Under the pieces are notes generated by a model. That model saw only the letters and a program-made list of their open reading frames with translations. It searched no databases and was not told the origin of the DNA. Both the position numbers and the translations under genes were made by a program. A stretch of 48,026 nt of DNA, the filler included, from Catajapyx aquilonaris (lineage: Eukaryota): NCBI GenBank assembly GCA_000934665.2. It is 2 parts of 2 records of this genome, joined end to end, with 100 filler letters (N's around TTAATTAATTAA, not from the genome) between each part and the next. Parts side by side here need not be neighbours in the genome. Positions count along the whole stretch, not along the records: positions 1 to 23,997 come from JYFJ02005595.1; positions 24,098 to 48,026 come from JYFJ02005598.1. One strand, 5' to 3'. Of this stretch, positions 23,675 to 35,039 are shown one piece after another (position 1 is the stretch's first letter; the number at the start of each line of letters is the position of its first letter).

Positions 23675-23975
23675 CCGATTTTCATGAAATTTGGTGCATT
23701 GGTAGCCCACCCCAAGGGATGAAAAACGCACCTAAGGTTACCTGCTCAAAATGATCCTGTGACCCTTTTTTGAGGTTGCCAAATTTCAACCCGTAAAATT
23801 CAATCATCACCGATTTTCATCAAATTCGGTGCATTGGTAGCCCACCCCAAGGGATGAAAAACGCACCTAAAGTTACCTGCTCAAAATGATCATGTGACCC
23901 TTTTTGAGGTTGCCAAATTTCAACTCGTAAAATTCAATCATCACCGATTTTCATGAAATTCGGTGCATTGGTTGG
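23675..23975. repeat. ~135-bp tandem repeat (CCGATTTTCATGAAATT..., Helentron/DINE-like internal array) running toward the contig end
   Basis: Units start at 23675, 23810 and 23944. Confidence 0.85.
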
Positions 23976-23997
23976 ATTTATAAAGAATGACATTTTC

Positions 23998-24097
23998 NNN
24001 NNNNNNNNNNNNNNNNNNNNNNNNNNNNNNNNNNNNNNNNNTTAATTAATTAANNNNNNNNNNNNNNNNNNNNNNNNNNNNNNNNNNNNNNNNNNNN
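23998..24097. other. Artificial contig-joining spacer (44 N + TTAATTAATTAA + 44 N)
   Basis: Exactly 100 nt and symmetrical; the central 12-mer (24042-24053) gives stops in all six frames. Confidence 0.95.
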
Positions 24098-24469
24098 CCC
24101 CCACCTCCAACAACAATATGACGGATTGTTCTGAGAGTCACCTCTGGTTTGGAGAAGAGATCTTCCGGTTTGGCGGATGACTGAAGGGCAATGAATTCTG
24201 CGGGGGTGGATTTGGAGCCGGATTTAACCTGTCAGATCCGGTTTCAGCCTGCACTGCTGCCCTCTGACGGTTGACATAAACTCTGGTTTTGTAGTCGGAT
24301 ATTTAACACGAAATACAGGATTGGCGAAAATTTTAAACGAATTTATTTTGAGCGAATTATAATGATATCGATAGGTAATATTTTGAGCGAATTATTATGA
24401 TATCGACAGGTAATATTTTGAGCAAATTATTTTATTTATTTATTTATTTATTTATTTATACCCCATTGG

Positions 24470-24722
24470 TAGGGCTGTGCGATATCCGAAATTACATATC
24501 GACTTTCGATACTTAAAAAATATCGAATCGAAGTCGATCTATCGAAAATCGAAAAATCGACATCGAAAACCGAGATCGAAAAAAACCGAAAACCGACATC
24601 GAACCGACATTGAAAAATCGCAATATTCGATACATCGGACATGCCAAGCGTCGGATATCGCAACTTCGATATTAGGAAAAATCATATCGACATTCGATGT
24701 ATCGAAAAATCGCACAGCCCTA
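24470..24722. mobile_element. hAT-like MITE with TCGA-rich internal repeats
   Basis: TAGGGCTGTGCGAT ... ATCGCACAGCCCTA perfect 14-bp TIR; no matching TSD visible. Confidence 0.75.
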
Positions 24723-25519
24723 GTGTAGGGCCTTAGCAGCAGAAATAATAGGCCCGACGTTAAGCACCACTGAAGATGTAGTAGCCTACTCAGGAGAGCC
24801 ATCTAGCGGAAGAGTTGTAAACAAACAGCCTAGCCTCACGCCAGGCCTCTCTCTGACTGCCTAGCCTCGACCCAACCCCAATCCTAAATGTATACATATA
24901 TTATAAAACAAATTTCTTCGCAATGTCGAGCGTAGTCAGGCTGTCTCCAGCGACTCAGACAACTGTCCAGGCCTCTCCAAACCAGCGATAATCAATCTTG
25001 GGTTTTTCACGAGGGAAAATCTGGACCGATTTTGGAAGAGGGGAAGAGGGGAGAGGGAATGGGCTCTCCATATGCCGTTCTTTGCCCGCAAAACCTCCAC
25101 CACGAGATGGGACATAGTAATGGGATGAAATTTGTAGCCAGCCCCCTTACTCGACCTATGGGAAGCTTCCAGTGTCGTAAAAAACCTTACGCGATTTCCT
25201 TTTCGCCTTAGTTTTTTTTTTCGATGGGGGGGGGGNGGGGGGGGCTAATGCTTTATTTTTAGTGACAGATGGACGCATTAGGCTTGAAAAGAGAAAATGG
25301 CAATTTTTAGACTCAAAAAAATGGAGGACCATCTGGTGTGAGGCTTAATCTACATTTGGTGGTTTAAGGGATTACAGAAAAAATTGTGGTTAGTGTACTT
25401 ACTAGTGTGGGGAGCCACTGGATGTAACGATGTGCCATCTAGTTGGTAGGGGGTCCACTACGGTGCGGTCAATACCATACCGTATTGATGCGGTGACCTG
25501 TTGATCATCTGCAACAAAT

Positions 25520-25667
25520 CCCCCTGATGGTATCTGTGGCGGTCAGGCTTGCGTTTCTACCATGACATCGAAGAGCTATGCCGGCGGTAGTTTCATCTAC
25601 TGGTAGGGCAAGCCAGACAGTCGGACAGACCCAAGCCAGATAGTTGAGTTGGCTCCTTCTCCAACAA
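25520..25667 (+). mobile_element. Short retroposon with RTE-5'UTR-like core (copy 2)
   Basis: 13-bp TSD ATCTGCAACAAAT (25507-25519, 25668-25680); core shared with 17961-18134. Confidence 0.65.
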
Positions 25668-26287
25668 ATCTGCAACAAATTAGTTAACCGCAATAAAAAT
25701 TAGTGGATGATTGTCATTTATTTGCGAGAATAATAAACACATACAAAGATTCACTGATCCGTAACTTCCGAAGAAGTTATTGCTGTATAAATAATAAGTA
25801 CTGTGACCTGCTTAGAATGGCACTCGTCGACGTCCAGGTCACTGTATAGCACATGTACAATTGTTATATTTGTTTCTATGTTTGAACCGCAACGAGTGGC
25901 ATTTGATGCCCAGACTCGTTGCTTGCGCCGGATTTAAAGACACTTTCAGGTCGGTTGCGTTGGACATGTTGAGACCACTCTTACAACAGGTGCTCATGCT
26001 ATCTGGAAGTACGTGCATAGAATAAAACAAGAATAAAGTTGACAAGAAAAACAATCCAAAGCACCAAGTAACAATGCTCCAACAGTCTGCATAATTGCAC
26101 AGATATTGCTGACAGGTATGCACATTTTTAAAATACATCTGCGCAACTTTTAACATTGAGAATCCGTGATTCTCAGCACCACTCTCATGATCGGCACACT
26201 GTATACCATATGTGTCAAGCATCCCGATTACCTGTACATGCAAATAAACAGTTTCATAAATTCTGAACATTTGACAAGATATGCAAC

Positions 26288-26498
26288 CAGCACCGGATTT
26301 ACCACCCCGGCCACCCTTAGGCACTTGAGATCCGCTGCCCCCCCCCCTCCCCCCCAATAGGTCGCTTAAAAATTCCAATTTTCTCATGTGTTCTTGCCTT
26401 TGGTTTACTTAATTTCATTTTAAAAAATTATATTCCACCTTTTCTTCCAGCCGCCCCTAGGCAATTGCCTACTCTGCCTAATGGGAAATCCGGCGCTG
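26288..26498. mobile_element. hAT-like MITE (probably in the ZNF 3' UTR)
   Basis: CAGCACCGGATTT ... AAATCCGGCGCTG; exact 8-bp TSD TATGCAAC. Confidence 0.85.
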
Positions 26499-27356
26499 TA
26501 TGCAACCACATGTAATGTACATTAGAAGTGACTCTTTCACATTTTGCTTCTGCCTTCTGAGAATGACCCCTCTTGTTGCTCACGTGCAAGTCGCACGGTC
26601 TGCCCAACGTCTCAAGATATGCTTTTATTGTTACAGTATTTCGTGAAGACATGAAAATAATTTCAATTGGTCGCTCAACTTGCCATCCCACATGGCAGCT
26701 AAGCTCTAGCTCAAGCATTGAAACTGATCTTAAAAGAGCTGCTTGACTGACGATGACAGTTCAAAATCTCAAAGAAAAGGCAGTGCCGATAACAATAATA
26801 GACATCATCACAAACATATGAACCCCACAATTCACACAATTTACTATAGACTTTGCAAAGTGATACGTATGAAAATTAACAAAACATAACTGGATGGTTT
26901 CCCAAGTGCGCTAACAAAATATACTTTAAGACTGAGACTGGTAAGATTGTGACAGGCAAGAAAATGAATAAACGAAAAGTACGCGACATGAAAAGACCAA
27001 AAATATCTCAACAAAGGCTGACGATAGCAAGTAATTTTAGTTGCCCAGCATTGAGGGCTAAGCGAACGCAACAGTTGCTCCAACAAATGTCCTCGATACG
27101 AGTCACTGAAACAGTCGAGCAGAACTGAACAGTCGGAAGGAGGAAATGGCCAAAAATCAAACGAGAAAGTAGAGTGGACACCTTCAAATAACTTCATGAT
27201 GCACCCAGTTCGGGTTGGATTAAAAAAATTGCAGGCAACTTAGAAAGATTTTTAACCTTTCAATAAAACTGCTCCCACATTGTGTGAACACATGAACCGT
27301 CTAAAACAGGCACCAACTATGTCGAAATAATGATCAGTCCGTGAAGCAACGGAAAT

Positions 27357-30300
27357 TCATTCCTTTCCCTCCTCAACCTGTCCATTTTCTTCCTTCCCCG
27401 CCTGACTTGCATCTATCTCAGTCTCCATGTCCTCACCCCTCTGAAACTCTCCCGCTTCCTCCTCTGGTTTACTGCAGTTGTTACCCCCCCTCCGCTTCAT
27501 CAGCAGGAAAGCCATCCCGTGGCACCTGAAGTGTTTGGTCAGATCCAACTCACACGTGAATCGCTCTCTGCACACACTGCACTGGTTAGGCTCCAGGGCC
27601 GGCGGCAAGGCCTCAGGCAACTTTGCTTCTTCTGCCGGAGAATCCTCGGCTTCGGATCTAGCCTCGTTGTAAAACAGGCTCATGATGTCACCATTGGTCT
27701 GCTCTTGGTCGTCCTCTTCCTCTTCCTCATTGCCACTAGTGGGTTGCCAGCGAATCTGATGCTGCAGGAACAGATGACGCTTCAGGGAAGGCTTAACGGC
27801 AAAGCACAGGCCGCAGTGGTCACACTGGAGGGCTTTAGGATTAGGCTTGTGGGTGTCGATGTGCGACCTGAACTGGAGGGTGCTCTGGGTTTGGAAGCCA
27901 CACTTGGCGCAACGGTGCTTGGCATGCAACGCTTTGGATTCCTGCTTGACTTCCTTCTTAGTTGGAGTCATTTTGCTGGTGGATGCTGAGGTTCCTGCCT
28001 TCTGCTGCTTCTTAGGAGTCGCCTTACCGGAATTTTTAGGGGACGAGACGGACGTTGACTGCAAGGTGTCATCTGACTTGGAATTGTTGCTGCTTGACTT
28101 GGGAGTCCCCGTGGCTGACTTAGGAGTGTTGCTGGTCTTGGGCATGGCGCCCTTCTTGGACGGACTGCCCACCTTGGACGTTTCCATCTTTAGTGTGCTC
28201 CCTGCCCTGGGAGTAGTACCTGATGTGCCTGGAGACTCTGAGGCTACACCTCCCCTCCCGTATGCTGCAGCGGCCTTGGACTTCATCCTGTGTGTGGGCA
28301 TCTTCAAAAAGTCAATATCAGCCAGAGGTATCTTATGTGTCGTCACAAGATGGTGCCTCAGGCTCACCCGCTTGCTAAAATCACGTTCTTGACACATCCA
28401 GCAAATGTACGGATGTGAGCTGCCAGGGTCATCTCTGTGCATAATCTGTTGGTGACGCCCAAGTCTAAATGAGGTTGGATAGGACATGGGGCAGTCAGTG
28501 CAGGAGTACCCAAGTAAACTGTGCTCAGATCGAAGATGCTGCTCCTTTACGTCTTCAGTCTGCAGGTCGCATCGACAAACAAAGCACGTCGTTGGAACCT
28601 TGATGTCGGAGATATGCTTCTGCACGTGGCTGGCAAAGTCAGTGGGGGTAATAACCTCGTTTGAACAAAACAAGCACACTTTCAGGCCATCCTCTAGATG
28701 CTTCTGGCCATGATTAACTAGCGCTTTGAAACCAGGGAAGAATTGCTGGCATGCTTTGCACTGCGATTTTTCTGGTGTGCCTCGACAATGTGCTTCATGC
28801 AATGTTAAGCCACGTCGTGACCCAAATGTGCGGGCACATCGCTCACATTTTAGGGTCATTGGGTCAGAGTCTGCTTGTGGCATAACTTGGGCTTCAGGAG
28901 CAGTGGATGGGGCTGCACTCTCTTGACCCGTACACTGGGTAATATGGACTCCAAATGTGTCTCGTGACATGAAAGTGGAATCGCACTCACTGCACTGGTA
29001 TACTACCTGAACAAGTGCCTTCACAGACACATGCTCTGACACATGTTCAACACATTTTGTTGTGTCGTAGAACACACATTCACAGAATGGGCACTTCCGC
29101 ATTTGCTTCATTACAGCACGTGACTCGTGGGCTTCACGCCGATGTGCATCAGCAGCACTCTTCCCACCAAAGGCAATTGGACACTCACCACACCTGAAAT
29201 GTGTGCGTGTGTGGGCTGTGATTACGTGACGACACACAAGGTCACGAGTATCAAAGGCATTTCCACACAACGGACATGTGTGGTGGTACTTGCGATACTG
29301 ATGAAAGCAGGACCACTGCAAGTGAATGGTCAAAGCAGTCCAGGACACAAAATGGCGTCCACAATCGGGGCACACAAATGGCTCCTTGCGCAGGTGCAGC
29401 CGTTGATGGGCAGACATGGCACATTCAGATGATGCTTGCAGGTCACAGCGGTCACACTGTTGGGCAGGACCAGATCCAAAATGTTCCTTGTACTCTGCGT
29501 CCGATTTAAAATCAGCAGCACATTCAGTGCACGTCAGGGGTTTCTTGCGCAGAGGAGGGTACCCCAGAATAGCTACAGCATGCCCACAATCATCCATCTC
29601 CGTCGGGGGCGGTGGTGCCAAATCCAGCAGCTCCACCGGCAGTGGCACTTCTTCCACAGGATTGGGACCCAACACAGCTCCCTCATGTTCTCGCAGATGG
29701 GCATTCATCGCACACTTGTTGTAGAATATCTGCGGGGCATCGCATGGACAGGTGAGGGTCAGCTGGACCGACTTTCGGTTGAGATGAAAAGCCAAGCTGG
29801 CCTCAATTAAGAACTGGTCGCCACAAGCCTGGCACGAGTATCCTCCTTCCGGGATGTGAAGGTTCAGACTGAGGGGAGGCAGTAAGGTTGGGATGAACCT
29901 TGGGATGGGGTTGGCTTGCTCTGGTGGAGACAGAGGCAAAGAGTTCGAAGGTGACGCTGGTGGAGCCGTGGCAGGTGCTGTGCGAAGACGCTTCTCCAGG
30001 ATGCCAACAGCAGGCTTGGGCGGGGCATGCTTCCTTTTTCTCTTCGAGGATGGTGACAGATTCTGCTTCTTAGGTGACTGCTGCAATAGAAATGGGGAAT
30101 AGTAGTCAAGCGAGCTGCTCTTTCTATTTTATTCTAGGCTAATCACCTCCATAAAAGATGCACACTCAAAAGATCCAGTACCATACGCTTCTGATCCCTC
30201 TGATCAGAAGCGTCTGACATACAGTACCTCAACTTGGATTTCGCCTCCAGAGAGGGCACCGGCCGGCTCATACGTCCCCGCTTGGCCACGAAGCCACCCT

Positions 30301-33300
30301 ATTGTTCCCTCTGTGCGTTTTCTTAAGGCAGCTTGCACACCTCAGAATCATCCAAGATAATTCTACATTATTGCCCACTCCCTCTGATGAATTATGAAAA
30401 CATTAAGTGCCCCTTTAAAAAATTTTCAAGGTCCCGTTTAAAAGAAGGTAATGTGAGCCACCTGGTGCTAAAAAAAAAAAAGTGACTCAAATGTTCCAAG
30501 GCTCCGCAGCTCGGAGCACATGGCCTGGCTAATCAGAAGTGAGGACACTTTTTACGGCCGCAATGGCGCTGGGAGAGGAGACGCAGTATTGAGCAGGTCT
30601 TTGTCATTTTCTCCTCCACGAAAAGTAAGTCGCAGAATTTTTTGTATTTTTGTTACAGTTTTCCACTGAACGTCTACTTACTGGGAAATATGTGACAGGG
30701 AGCTACGTCTATTCATGCAATAAGTGTTTGTTCACAATGAACGAGACCTTTGGCGAGACCTTGAACGAGACCGTCATGCCATGAAAAATATCACTTGTAA
30801 GTACTCATGGATATAGAAACTAGACGAGTTACCTAAGGCTATGGCGAAAGAAATTTCCATCGTGGGTTATAACAATGAATTTAAAAAAAAATGTATACAA
30901 CCTAAAATCCTCCAACGTTCAAGGTCGTGGGAGAGAGGGTTAAATGCAAACCTGCTAGATACGCAGGCAGCTCTATATTATGCAAAAATTAATTTCACAT
31001 CTTTCACTACCCACTGTCTACATACGAGTGCTATATTTCCGTAAGTTCCGATGAGCTGTGAAATAAAAACAAGTGATGCAAAAAAATTAATCATGACATT
31101 TATTATTATCTACATTCTTATACTACTTTTCCATATAGTTATCATCCCAATTGAATCACTTGTCACAACGCAGAAGCATCTTTCGTATGCCTTCCCCGTA
31201 GAAGATTGCAGCCTGCGTACCGAGCCAACCTATCCCACACATTGTCAATCTTTGCAGTTCTTGAACTCACTATGCACAATGCTTGTGATAGCCCAGCTTT
31301 CTTGTCACAATGAGCTGACCACAAAATTTGGAGGAAAATCATCTGAAATCAGAAATTGTGGTCCGATGGGCTCCAAAACCTCCTTGTTGACTTTTCAACA
31401 TCATCATCAGTCGCCCCTGATTTTCTCCTGACCTTCCTCATCATGGACATATATTCATCCTTCTTGTAAACTCCGACACAGCAATGTCGCTTATGTACAC
31501 TACTCCGTACACATTACAAGATCTCCTATGAATTTCAGCTACATTGCGTCATTTAGCTTGGAAAAATCTACAGGGTTCAGTGGGGCTTAACGTCGGCCTA
31601 TTTCTGCCTCTAAGGCTCAACACCGATGCCAGGGGGTGGTCCTCCTCCTGGAAGTTTGGCCACTCTGGGGATCTTTAACGTGCACTCGCCCAATGTCACA
31701 AGCACACGGGACCGACGGCTTTACTTCCCCTCCGAAGGAAGGCGCACTCTCACTTTTCTACCACCCGGAGAAAAGTCACCGACCTCGGCCGGGTTCGAAC
31801 CCACAACCTTGGGACCAGAGGCGAGCGCGCTAACCACTAGTCCACCAAGGCTGGCTTGGAAAAATCTACAGTAAAACTTCTATAAGTCGAACTTCCCTAA
31901 GTCGAAGTTCTCTATAAGTCGAAGAAAATGATGAGCTTGGTTGGTCACAATGTAAAATAATAGGAAATAAACTTCCCTAACTCAAATTTCTATAACTCGA
32001 AGTTCTCCATAACTCGAAGTGCAGGCAGGGCCTTACGATGGAATATTGATGCATTTTCAGTCTCCCTAAGTCGAAGTTCATGTTGGCGAGTACGGAACAT
32101 TTTCTCATTTCCCAGCCGAAGGGTCGAGAGAAGGCCACATGCACAGAAAGGATTAATAATTTCCTGATCTCCCTCTACCAAACGTACCGAAAGAAGTGTT
32201 TGACTTGACTGTGACAATTGAATCCTTGAATCTAAGAGTAGGCGAATGTCCATAACAGAGATTTTTTTACACCAAAACAACGAGGAACATTGTAAGTGTG
32301 ATAGTGACAGATATTTTTAAGTTTTGAAAACCTTTCGTCGCTGGATATAAAGGTAGGTGGTTCGATCCCAACCCGGGGACACCCCCTTCATCTCGTGCAG
32401 AGTTCAGGGTCACCTCTGGCTTCGTCTCGGGTGGTATTTCCACAGACTAAACCACCTGGGGGAGTTCACTAAAAATGGCCACATTAAAGGGACACTCCAC
32501 TCAAAATATAAGTTGATCTGTAAAAATCAGGCAAAAAATCATGATTCCGGTGATACCATCCGTTTATCTCTGAGACGAACGGTAATGTCAGGGGAAGAGA
32601 CGAAAGTCGGAAAAAATTCGAGGAGTGGCGCCGCCTGGCCACCTGGCCAAGTTAGGCGACGTTGGATAGAGCGCCGCCCTTCCCAACGGGCGCTAGGGGA
32701 AGTTGGCTTCGGACACAACCAGATCCCCACGGATCCCCATGCCCGCAGGCAACTTATCCATGTCGCCGTTGGGAAGGGCGGCGCTGCTATCCAACGTCAC
32801 CCTTGGGGTGGCGTCGCCACTTGCACCGGGCCCGTTTGAGCGCGGTTTTCGAACGACACTCTTCCAGCTTTCGCCCTGGCCTTACCGTTCATCTCTCAGA
32901 AAAACTGCTTATACCCTCGGAGTCAGGATTTTTTGCCCGATTTTTAGAACCCAACTTGTATTTTGAGTGGAGTGTCCCTTTAAGACATTGCACTGCACCT
33001 TGCACATCCCCTCCTGTCATCCTGCCCATGGGCCCGGGCGATTCGCTCAAGATTCCAGCATTGTACTCCATTGTACTTCAAGTATAATAAAGGTCCGTGC
33101 CGCATACCCTATATAGGGTCAGGTACTACCCAAGGATTATTATAGGATTATTATTATTATTAGAAAGGTAGGCGTCCTTATCGAGTTCTGTGCTTTAAAA
33201 AATCCAAACTTCTCTAACTCGAATCTTCTATAACTCGAAGTTTTTTCCCGGTCCCATGGAGATTCGACATATAGAAGTTTTCCTGTAATTACATAGCCAA

Positions 33301-34866
33301 CCTCACATTTGGCAGGAGCTTAGATCATATTAGGGTTACAAATGATGGTGCCACGTTATGACATGGGACTCAATCAGGAAGGTAACTATGCGGAGAAGTA
33401 GCAGAATGACTCTCATCTCATCAGACCTTCATTTTAAAATAGCCCTCGTATTACAAACATCCACATTTCAAAATGTGCGACAGAGAAAAATAACTTCATA
33501 CTAGTGACACACTCCACTAAAAATTACTGTGGGCTGTGACAAAAAAAAAGTTTCATGTTATTTCAATGGATGTTTGGTTTTACCTTGATTTTCTGCAATG
33601 AAATTTTACATGAGAATACACACCTCAGATGAAGATTCGGTTTCCGGCTGCCCTTCAGTGGACTCATCTAAATCCATCTGTTCGGTCATCGTATTTGGTG
33701 CTACTGGACCATCTCCGGCATCATCTGCTGCATCCAAGTTCATGGCTGGGCTCGGAGAAGTCACTTGCTCAGTAGGTAGTTCTTCAGCAGCAGGTGACTG
33801 GACTGCTTCTGTCAGAGATGCCTCCAAAATCGACCCAGACTCATTCACACGGTGCTGATTTCCTGCAAGTGGTTAAATTAAAACCCAAGTTCTAAAGGGG
33901 GTTCGACTAATAATTTTTACGTGTCTCGCTCCCTGCAGACAGCAGCTGTGCAGTCACCTCCTCTGCTATTCCGCGAAGCAATTGCTGCAGCATAGGTGAT
34001 TCCACAACTTCCTGTCCAGCCGGAGTCTCACTTGCGACATGTTCGTCCATGGCCGGCTCCTCCACCATTGGTTGAGACACTGCAGGCTCCTCAGACCCTG
34101 CAGCATTCTTGTTCACAGCCGGCATCAAAGCAAGGGCTTCCAAGATGTTACCTTTGTGTGATTGGTGATCCACAACTGGCTCCTGAGTTGTGTTGTGATT
34201 CAAGGTTGACTCCTCTCCTACCAGATGATTCCTGACTTCATGGTTCTCATTCAATAACTGGTGAACACCCGGTTCTTTTGCAACACCCAGCTCAGAACCT
34301 GGCGGTTTCTCACTTATGGTTTTGTTATGTGAGTGTTCCTCCAAAATCAAGTGACCCATCATCGAAGGTGGTGAAACTGATTGATCCACATGCTGTTCTG
34401 CTGTCGGCTCTGTCTCCTTCACTGCCATAGCTGCTTCAGACGTAGAATCACTCAGCTCTGAAGAATGCAAATCCAATCCTAGGCCATTACCATTGGTGTG
34501 AAGCCACGAATCTAGAATAAGTCAACGGATATAAACTGTCAAATGATGCAGTACAAAGTTAGGTGCTAAAGCGATCAAATTAACAAAATCGCTCCATCCA
34601 AAAGTAACAATGTACGTCAACAAAACGATCAGATCAGTTTTTAAAACTATATTAATGCAAATGTTCAATTGAATATGAGTAGATATTGTGTTAGTTCATT
34701 AACTGTGTCTCCTTCATCGTTGATAGGGAAATGTCATGACGATGATGATAACTGCGTCAAAATTGGTAGTAATTTGGTCGCACACACAATATCAAACCCA
34801 CACTATACAAGTATGCTAACCTGTTGGCAGGTCATCATCTGTTGATTCAGGGCAAGCGTCAGCCAT
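27357..34866 (-). CDS. ZNF532/592/687: Multi-C2H2 zinc finger protein of the ZNF532/ZNF592/ZNF687 family, ~1199 aa
   Basis: complement(join(27357..30080,33624..33862,33921..34511,34821..34866)), with consistent phases. Family signatures CQACGDQFLIEASLAFHLNRKSV...FYNKCAMNAH, CAMSAHQRLH...PFVCPDCG, LQCDHCGLCF...SLKRHLFLQH, and C-terminal HGMAFL. Acidic disordered N-terminus. Confidence 0.88.
31574..31853 (-). mobile_element. tRNA-derived SINE with Deu/Nin-like central domain
   Basis: Minus strand: A/B boxes, then CCTTCGGAGGGGAAGTAAAGCCGTCGGTCCC...GCACGTTAAAGATCCC; TSD GCTTGGAAAAATCTACAG (31556-31573, 31854-31871). Confidence 0.8.
32358..33163 (+). mobile_element. 5'-truncated SINE family B interrupted by Kolobok MITE
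   Basis: Colinear with the reverse complement of 3873-4246; TSD AAAGGTAGG (32349-32357, 33164-33172); (TTA)n tail. Confidence 0.8.
32488..32979. mobile_element. Kolobok-like non-autonomous element, copy 2
   Basis: TTAA|AGGGACACTCCACTCAAAATA ... TATTTTGAGTGGAGTGTCCCT|TTAA. Confidence 0.8.
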
Positions 34867-35039
34867 TTCCCCAGTCAAAGCGTCAGCTTATCAGCGCAGG
34901 ACCTGGGGGGTAGACAGAAAGAAGAGACTCAGATAAGAGCTGACCTTGGCAATCAGCTTTGACCTTTTCTATTACGTGGCGACCAACCGTGCGACACAGT
35001 CTGGTGTAAACTGAGCTGCAAGGAAAAACCGCTAGAACC
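34867..35039. promoter_or_regulatory. Probable bidirectional promoter between the ZNF and CTH-like genes
   Basis: Only 173 bp separate the divergent start codons (34866 on -, 35040 on +). Confidence 0.6.

Larger units (their letters stand above)
31869..33285. mobile_element. Tigger/pogo-like MITE (host of a SINE and a Kolobok insertion)
   Basis: TA|CAGTAAAACTTCTATAAGTCGAA ... TTCGACATATAGAAGTTTTCCTG|TA; repeated AAGTCGAA/AACTCGAA subterminal motifs. Confidence 0.75.

Noticed and set aside
25839..26387. 182-aa minus-strand ORF
   Set aside because: Starts inside a MITE, lies in the probable ZNF 3' UTR, and has no protein-like motif.
27478..30102. Numerous plus-strand ORFs over the zinc-finger exon (and likewise 40648-43186 over the FERM gene)
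   Set aside because: Antisense shadows of GC-rich coding exons with no recognisable domains.
30185..30214. Hairpin ACGCTTCTGATC-CCTCT-GATCAGAAGCGT as an ncRNA
   Set aside because: An isolated 12-bp stem with no box motifs or recognisable RNA family; likely TE debris.
33584..33592. 9-nt micro-exon (AAAATCAAG, KIK) with AG/GT flanks in the ZNF gene
   Set aside because: It would need a 31-nt upstream intron, far below the ~50-nt minimum seen here; kept out of the model without RNA evidence.
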